Shown one piece after another: positions 58,441-64,000 of a DNA stretch of 64,000 nucleotides. The first letter of the stretch is position 1, and each line of letters begins with the position of its first letter. Position numbers and translations under genes: made by a program. This DNA comes from an uncultured Thermoleophilia bacterium (GTDB lineage: Bacteria > Actinomycetota > Thermoleophilia > UBA2241): contig CAVPCT010000005.1 in NCBI GenBank assembly GCA_963702475.1, forward strand, positions 736,001-800,000, given 5' to 3'. The notes beneath the pieces are model-generated. The model was not told where the DNA came from, ran no database searches, and saw only the letters and a list, made by a program, of their open reading frames with translations.

Positions 58441-59769
58441 ATGAGCACCTCGTCACCTGCACAGACTCCCACGCTCCCCGGCATGCCACGCTCCGCTTGG
58501 CTGCAACTCGGCGTGGTCTGCGTGGCCGAGTTCGTGGTGTGGACGGGCTTCGGCGCCATCATGCCGTACCTGCCGATCTTCCTGAAGGACCAGGCGCACA
58601 GCTCCATGTTCATGATCGGCGTCATCGCGGCGTCCTTCTACCTCGGCACGCTGCTGTTCTCGTCGCCCTTCGGCTGGCTCAGCGACACCGTCGGCCGCAA
58701 GCCCGTCATGCTTGGCGGCATCGTCCTGTACTCACTCGCCATGTTCCTGTTCACGCGCACGGCCGACCCCTGGTGGTTCGTGCTGTTCCGCTTCATGGAG
58801 GGCGTCGGCACGGCCGCGGTGGCGCCGGCGGCCATGGCGCTGGTGGCCGACATCACCACCGAACAGACGCGCAGCAGGGCCTACGGCATCCTCACCTCGG
58901 CGCAGTTCGGCGGACTCATCGTGGGGCCGGCGCTGGCGCCGCCCATCTACCACATGGCGGGCGGCGGCGTGTCAGGCTTCTACGCCATCTTCTACTTCGG
59001 CGCCGCCTTGGCGGCGGCCACGACCGTCCTCGTCGCCGCGCTCATCCGCGAGCCGGCCGTGACGCACCGCAGAAAGGCGGCGCGCGCCGGCAAGAAGGCC
59101 GAACGACCACCCTACCGGGCCATCCTCTCGCCGCCCATCATCGCCTTCCTCGTCATCGGGTTCACCGCCCACCTCTCCATGGGCGGCTGGGAGGTGGTGT
59201 GGAGCATCTGGCTCGAGCATCTCGGCGCGTCCATGACGTACATCGGCCTCACGTGGGTCGCCTTCAGCGTGCCCATGCTGCTCTCGTTCGCCGGCGGCAT
59301 GCTGGCCGACAAGTACAGCCGCTTCACCCTCATGTTCGTGGGCTACACGATCTCGGCCGTGTCCTGGATCCTGTACGGGACGACCACCAACCTCACGTTC
59401 TTCATCGTCATCAACGTCGTCGAGGGCCTCGCCATAGCGTTCTCGTACCCGCCCAAGCAGGCCTTTCTCATCCAGGTGAGCCCCCCGAAGTGGCTCGGCA
59501 CCGTGACCGGCATAGAGGCCACGTCGATGCAGCTCGCCGGCATGATCGGTACGTTCCTCGCACCGGTGCTGTACGGCTGGATGTCGGGGTACGTGCTGGC
59601 CCTGGGCGGAGTGGTCAGTCTCGTCGGCCTGGCCGCCACCGCGCCGGTGCTGCACCGCGAGTGGCGGCGCCTCTCGGCGCAGGGGCCCGTGCCGAGCACG
59701 AGCGAGCTGGAGAGCCGCGACGGCGCGCTGCCGGTGACGACGGCGGAACCGCCCTCGAGCCGGGAGTGA
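58441..59769 (+). CDS. MFS transporter (DHA1/TetA-like)
   Basis: GWLSDTVGRKPV (motif A), RFMEGVG, GLIVGPALA; ~12 TM. Confidence 0.9.
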   Translation: MSTSSPAQTPTLPGMPRSAWLQLGVVCVAEFVVWTGFGAIMPYLPIFLKDQAHSSMFMIGVIAASFYLGTLLFSSPFGWLSDTVGRKPVMLGGIVLYSLAMFLFTRTADPWWFVLFRFMEGVGTAAVAPAAMALVADITTEQTRSRAYGILTSAQFGGLIVGPALAPPIYHMAGGGVSGFYAIFYFGAALAAATTVLVAALIREPAVTHRRKAARAGKKAERPPYRAILSPPIIAFLVIGFTAHLSMGGWEVVWSIWLEHLGASMTYIGLTWVAFSVPMLLSFAGGMLADKYSRFTLMFVGYTISAVSWILYGTTTNLTFFIVINVVEGLAIAFSYPPKQAFLIQVSPPKWLGTVTGIEATSMQLAGMIGTFLAPVLYGWMSGYVLALGGVVSLVGLAATAPVLHREWRRLSAQGPVPSTSELESRDGALPVTTAEPPSSRE

Positions 59770-59814
59770 GATGAGGGCGCCCGCCCCGGCCGGTCGCGAG
59801 ACCCCGGACTGCCC

Positions 59815-60897
59815 TCAGGAGCGGCGCACCTCGCGGTAGAGGGTGTCCCTCTGCACGGGAACGCGTCCGGCGGCGCGGATGAGCCCCACCATCTGCGGCA
59901 CGTCGCACTGGTTGCGTACGCCGGCGGCCGCCACCACGTTCTCTTCGATCATGGTCGAACCCATGTCGTTGGCCCCGAAGGCGAGTGCGACCTGCCCCAT
60001 GCGCAAGCCCTGCGTGACCCAGGACGCCTGGATGTTGGGCACGTTGTCCAGGTAGATGCGGCTGACGGCCAGCAGGCGCAGGTAGTCGACGCCGGTGGCG
60101 GGGACGTGGCCGGCCGCAAGCTCCGTGTTGCCGGCCTGGAAGGTCCACGGGATGAACGCCGTGAAGCCGCCGGTCTCGTCCTGGAGCTCACGGATGCGGC
60201 GCAGATGCTCTACGCGTTCGGCGACCGTGTCGAGCGAGCCGAACATCATGGTCGCCGTGGTCTTCATGCCCAGGCCGTGCGCCGTGCGCATCACGTCCAG
60301 CCAGACATCGGTGGGTATCTTGTGCGGGCTGATCTCCAGACGCACGCGGTCGACCAGCACCTCCGCCCCACCGCCGGGCAGGGAGTCGAGGCCGGCGGCC
60401 CGCAGGCGCCGCAGCGTCTCCTCCACGCTGAGGCCGCTGACCTTGGCGATGTGGACGACCTCCGGCGGCGAGAGCGAGTGGATGTGGATGGGATACGCCG
60501 CCTTGATGCCGCTGAAGACACGCTCGAACCAGCAGATGTCCAGGTCGGGGTGCAGGCCGCCCTGCATCATGATGGCGGTGCCTCCGAGGGCGAGGGTCTC
60601 CTCCACCTTGCGGTGGATCTCGTCCTCGCCGAGCAGATACCCCTGCCCGCTCCCCGGCTTCTTGTAGAAGGCGCAGAAGCGGCAACCGGAGATGCAGTAG
60701 TCGGTGTAGTTGATGTTGCGGTCGACGATGAAGGTGACGTCGTCGCCGGGGTGGAGGTGGCGACGGACGGCGTCGGCGCGCGCGCCGACGCCGAGCAGGT
60801 CGCCGGACTCGAGCAGGGCGACCGCTTCGCCGTCGGTGAGGCGGGCCGGCGGCGCCGGGCCGCCGGGCGGCACGGAGACGGTCTCGCGGGCGCTCAT
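59815..60897 (-). CDS. mqnC: Cyclic dehypoxanthine futalosine synthase (radical SAM)
   Basis: FIVDRNINYT, CISGCRFC, MQGGLHP, PGGGAE, FIPWTFQ, NIQASWVTQG, NDMGSTMIEENVV. Confidence 0.92.
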   Translation of the reverse strand: MSARETVSVPPGGPAPPARLTDGEAVALLESGDLLGVGARADAVRRHLHPGDDVTFIVDRNINYTDYCISGCRFCAFYKKPGSGQGYLLGEDEIHRKVEETLALGGTAIMMQGGLHPDLDICWFERVFSGIKAAYPIHIHSLSPPEVVHIAKVSGLSVEETLRRLRAAGLDSLPGGGAEVLVDRVRLEISPHKIPTDVWLDVMRTAHGLGMKTTATMMFGSLDTVAERVEHLRRIRELQDETGGFTAFIPWTFQAGNTELAAGHVPATGVDYLRLLAVSRIYLDNVPNIQASWVTQGLRMGQVALAFGANDMGSTMIEENVVAAAGVRNQCDVPQMVGLIRAAGRVPVQRDTLYREVRRS

Positions 60898-61397
60898 GGG
60901 AGCCCCTCGCCCGCGAGATCGAGCGCGAAGTGGACGAGGTACTCGCCGTAGGGACCAGGCTCGCGGTGGACGGAGACCCCCTCGATCGTCTCCTCGCCCG
61001 GGACCACGGCGAAGCCCAGACCGGTGTGGAAGGCGATCGAGACCGTGTTGACCGGCGCCGTGACGGCGCGGACCACGGAGCGGCCGCGCGCCCGCGCACC
61101 TGCGCAGAAGCGCCGGTAGAGGTCGCGGCCGAGACCCACGCGCCGCCACGCCGGGTGCACCCCGCAGAAGTGCACGTAGGCCTCCTCCGGATGGTCGCCA
61201 CAATCGAAGCCCACGAGAAAGCCGACCAGCCGATCCTCGTGCTCGACCACCAGCGAGGCCGAGCGGAAGTGCTCGAAGAAGACCCGCGGGACCATGGCGC
61301 GCAGGTCCCGGCCGCCCCACCACTCGGGCATCACGGCCATGACCCTGGCGTGATCGTCCGGAATGGGGCGGCGGAAGACGAGCGAGGAGCAGGACAC
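60894..61397 (-). CDS. GNAT-family acetyltransferase
   Basis: EWWGGR, YVHFCGVHPAWRRVGLG, VTAPVNTVSIAFHTGLGF. Confidence 0.85.
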   Translation of the reverse strand: MSCSSLVFRRPIPDDHARVMAVMPEWWGGRDLRAMVPRVFFEHFRSASLVVEHEDRLVGFLVGFDCGDHPEEAYVHFCGVHPAWRRVGLGRDLYRRFCAGARARGRSVVRAVTAPVNTVSIAFHTGLGFAVVPGEETIEGVSVHREPGPYGEYLVHFALDLAGEGLP

Positions 61398-61404
61398 GGC
61401 GCGG

Positions 61405-62415
61405 TCACCCGCCGGCGGGGGTCGCCGGTGCCGTGACCGGGCCGCCGCCGGTCGCCGGCGCAACGGCCGGGCCGCCGCCGGGACCGCCGGAGCCGGGTGC
61501 GCGGAACATCGCAGCGTCGAGGTCGGGCGCCGCGACGAGCTCGCCCGCAGCCACGGCGCGCCGGTAGAACTCGTCCAGCCCGGCGCGGTACTCCCGCGCG
61601 AACTCGAAGCGGAGCTTGCGGAAGTACTCGAGCAGGTAGCGCCGGCTGAAGTCGTACCGCTGCGCCGCCGCGCCCGCCGTCTCCTCCGGACGCGCGGCGC
61701 AGCGGTCGCGCGAGGCCAGGAGCGCCGCGCCGACCGCCGCGGCCGCCTGCGGCCGCGCGGCGGCGAACTCGCGACGCACGGCGCACACGGCGAAGACCAT
61801 GGGCATCCCGGTGACGGTACGCCACTCCTCGCTGAGGTCGTAGTGAAACGGGTAGACCTCGGCGCGCAGCACGTACAGCGCCTCGTCGCCGATGAGCAGC
61901 AGCCCGTCGGCGTCGGCGAGCACCTCCGCCAGCGACCCACGCCGCGGGACGAAGTCGGGCTCCATGCCCCACTCCCTGCAGAGCACCTTGAGGAGGCAGA
62001 TGGACGTAGCGCTCTTCTCGGTGAGCGCGATGCGGCGCACCTCCCGCAACGGCACACGCGTGAACAGCTGCACCGAGTCGACCGCGCCGAAAGCGCTGAT
62101 GGACACGTCCGGCAGAAGCGCCAGCTGCGGCGCGGCCCGCGCGAACGCGATCGACGAGGGCAGGGCGACGTCGATGAGGTCGTCCACCAGCATCTCGTTG
62201 AGTTGCGATGGGTACCCCTCGACGATCGTCGCGGACAAGCCGCGCCTCGCGAGCTCCTCCTCGAAGTGGTGGTAGAGCGGAAAACAGTTCACGAACTCGA
62301 TGCGGCCGACGCGAACGGGTTGAACCTCACCCTCACGTCGAAGGAGAGACTCCCGATGGGCGCCGGCCTCCGGTCCCGACGGACCGGCGCCCTCAGGCGG
62401 AGGCGCCGGCGTCAT
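61405..62415 (-). CDS. mqnA: Chorismate dehydratase (start uncertain)
   Basis: RVGRIEFVNCFP, GAVDSV, SATS, LLIGDEAL, DLSEEW...GMPMVFAV. Confidence 0.9.
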   Translation of the reverse strand: MTPAPPPEGAGPSGPEAGAHRESLLRREGEVQPVRVGRIEFVNCFPLYHHFEEELARRGLSATIVEGYPSQLNEMLVDDLIDVALPSSIAFARAAPQLALLPDVSISAFGAVDSVQLFTRVPLREVRRIALTEKSATSICLLKVLCREWGMEPDFVPRRGSLAEVLADADGLLLIGDEALYVLRAEVYPFHYDLSEEWRTVTGMPMVFAVCAVRREFAAARPQAAAAVGAALLASRDRCAARPEETAGAAAQRYDFSRRYLLEYFRKLRFEFAREYRAGLDEFYRRAVAAGELVAAPDLDAAMFRAPGSGGPGGGPAVAPATGGGPVTAPATPAGG

Positions 62416-63526
62416 CGTAGCGACGCACCACGTTGTAGAGCGTGTCGCGCTCGACGGGGACGCGGCCGGCGGCGCGGATCACGCGGACGAGCTCAGCCTT
62501 GCTGAGCTCCTGCCCGGTGTCGACGCCGGCCGCGTGGCTGATCTTCTCCTCCACCACCGTGCCGTCCAGGTCGTTGACCCCGAACACGAGCGAGACCTGC
62601 GCCAGCTTGAGCCCGACGTTGATCCAGAACGCCTTGATGTGGCGGAAGTTGTCCAGCACGAGACGGCCGACTGCCAGCATGCGCAGGTCGTCGAACCCGG
62701 TGGGCCCGGGCAGGTCGCTGAGGCCGGTGTGCGCGGGCTGGAACGACAGCGGGATGAAGGCGTTGAACCCGCCGGTGTCGTCCTGGAGCTCGCGCAGGCG
62801 GACCATGTGGTCGGCGAGCTCTTCCGGCCGTTCCACGTGTCCGTAGAGCATGGTGGCGTTGGACTTGAGGCCGGCCTCGTGTGCGGCCCGCATGACGTCG
62901 AGCCATTCCTGCCCGGAGATCTTGCGCTCGCAGATGAGGTCGCGCACGCGCCCGCTGAACACCTCGGCGCCGCCGCCCGGCAGCGAGCCGAGGCCCGCCT
63001 GCTTGAGCTTGGTGAGCACCTCCTGCACGGGCTTGCCGCTGATGCGCGCGAAGTGGGCGATCTCGCTGGCCGTGAACGCCTGGATGTGCACATCGGGGTC
63101 GAGCTCACGGAGCGCGTGCATCATGTCCAGGTAGTACTGGAACGGCAGGTCGGGGTGCTCCCCGCCGACGATGTGGATCTCGCTGACGCCGCCCTCGGCA
63201 AGGGTCTCGCGGGCCTTCTCCACGACCTCGTCCACGCTCAGGGTGAAGGCGTCCGCATCCCCTTCGTCGTGACTGAACGCGCAGAACAGACAGCGGTTGC
63301 GGCAGACGTTGGTGTGGTTGATGTGGCGGTTGCGGATGAAGAAGACCTCGTCGCCCACGTCGCGGGCCCGGACGAAGTCGGCCATGGCGCCCAGCGCCAG
63401 CAGGTCGTTGGTCTCCAGCAGCGCCCTCGCCTGGGACGCGTCGAGACGGTCACCGGCCTCGACGGTGTTCCAGACACCTTCCAGGCCCGCACGCGCGGTG
63501 AGGGCAGCGATCTCGGTGGGATGCAC
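62393..63526 (-). CDS. mqnE: Aminodeoxyfutalosine synthase (radical SAM)
   Basis: NRHINHTNVCRNRCLFC, EIHIVGG, SNATMLYGHVE, HIKAFW, DGTVVEEKISHAAG. Confidence 0.92.
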   Translation of the reverse strand: MHPTEIAALTARAGLEGVWNTVEAGDRLDASQARALLETNDLLALGAMADFVRARDVGDEVFFIRNRHINHTNVCRNRCLFCAFSHDEGDADAFTLSVDEVVEKARETLAEGGVSEIHIVGGEHPDLPFQYYLDMMHALRELDPDVHIQAFTASEIAHFARISGKPVQEVLTKLKQAGLGSLPGGGAEVFSGRVRDLICERKISGQEWLDVMRAAHEAGLKSNATMLYGHVERPEELADHMVRLRELQDDTGGFNAFIPLSFQPAHTGLSDLPGPTGFDDLRMLAVGRLVLDNFRHIKAFWINVGLKLAQVSLVFGVNDLDGTVVEEKISHAAGVDTGQELSKAELVRVIRAAGRVPVERDTLYNVVRRYDDAGASA

Positions 63527-63545
63527 GGGGCAGACTCCAGACGTA

Positions 63546-64000
63546 TCAGCTGTAGCGGTCGACGACGTGCGCCGCCACCTGTTCGAGCAGGTCGCGCTCG
63601 ACCGCACCGGGACAGCCGGCGAGCACACTGCGAGCCTGCTCAATGTACCCCAAAGCGGCCGCGCGGGCACGCTGAAGGGCGCCGCTGCCGGCGATGACGC
63701 TGAGGGCTTCGTCCACCTCGTGTGCCGTGAGGTCCCGGCGTGCCAGGAGCGCCCTCAGTCCCGGTTCCGCCTCGAGCGCGTAGATCATCGGCAGCGTCAC
63801 CGTACCGTCGCGGACGTCGGTGCCCGGGCGCTTGCCGGTCGAGTGCTCGTCGCCGCTGCAGTCGAGGATGTCGTCGAACACCTGGAAGGCGAGGCCGATG
63901 AGGCGGCCGTACTCCGCAAGGGACGCGGCCGCCGGAGCCGCTTCGCCCAACAGCGCCCCAAGGCGGCACGCCGCAGCGAAGAGATCGGCGGTCTTGCGCT
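63546..64000 (-). CDS. Polyprenyl diphosphate synthase (5' partial)
   Basis: KTADLF, GLAFQVFDDILD, GKRPGTDVRDG.TLP. Confidence 0.9.
   Translation of the reverse strand, partial: RKTADLFAAACRLGALLGEAAPAAASLAEYGRLIGLAFQVFDDILDCSGDEHSTGKRPGTDVRDGTVTLPMIYALEAEPGLRALLARRDLTAHEVDEALSVIAGSGALQRARAAALGYIEQARSVLAGCPGAVERDLLEQVAAHVVDRYS

Noticed and set aside
59815-63526. Radical SAM enzymes as maturases of the nearby peptides
   Set aside because: Both carry clear MqnC/MqnE motifs, lack SPASM/RRE features, and sit with mqnA and a polyprenyl synthase.

Overview
GC-rich bacterial window, most consistent with an Actinomycetota genome of the Thermoleophilia type (inferred from RpoB/RpoC and r-protein sequences; a clostridial-type ferredoxin and the futalosine pathway hint at a low-oxygen lifestyle). 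Positions ~3.3-39.4 kb hold a minus-strand translation/transcription supercluster: rpmG, tRNA-Trp, secE-nusG-rplKA, rplJL, rpoBC, rpsLG-fusA-tuf, the S10, spc and alpha operons, ecfA1A2T and truA. The left end has a partial DNA methyltransferase, ferredoxin, ROK kinase and LCP protein. The right 25 kb has a CPBP protease, an MTAP-family phosphorylase, an M23-like protein, a CAP protein, a DUF1998 helicase, a PucR regulator, Hsp20-like and GNAT proteins, a MalT-like LuxR regulator, birA-bioY, two MFS transporters and mqnE/mqnA/mqnC. The most striking element is an unannotated minus-strand cassette at 56.6-56.8 kb. It encodes two tiny peptides, MFVE-YAKLH-ITAD-YAKLH-ITAD-YAKLH and MSKKIERTLASLLLALVAGGGSSKIH, both ending in K-[L/I]-H, directly upstream of a polytopic-membrane HD-GYP protein. 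This is a candidate peptide-sensing cyclic-dinucleotide signalling system. Also seen: a ~75-bp dispersed repeat present twice in the supercluster, three promoters whose -35 box is embedded in an upstream hairpin, low-complexity extensions on L4/S17/S3/RpoB, and three single-base frameshifts that may be sequencing errors. No database searches were run.
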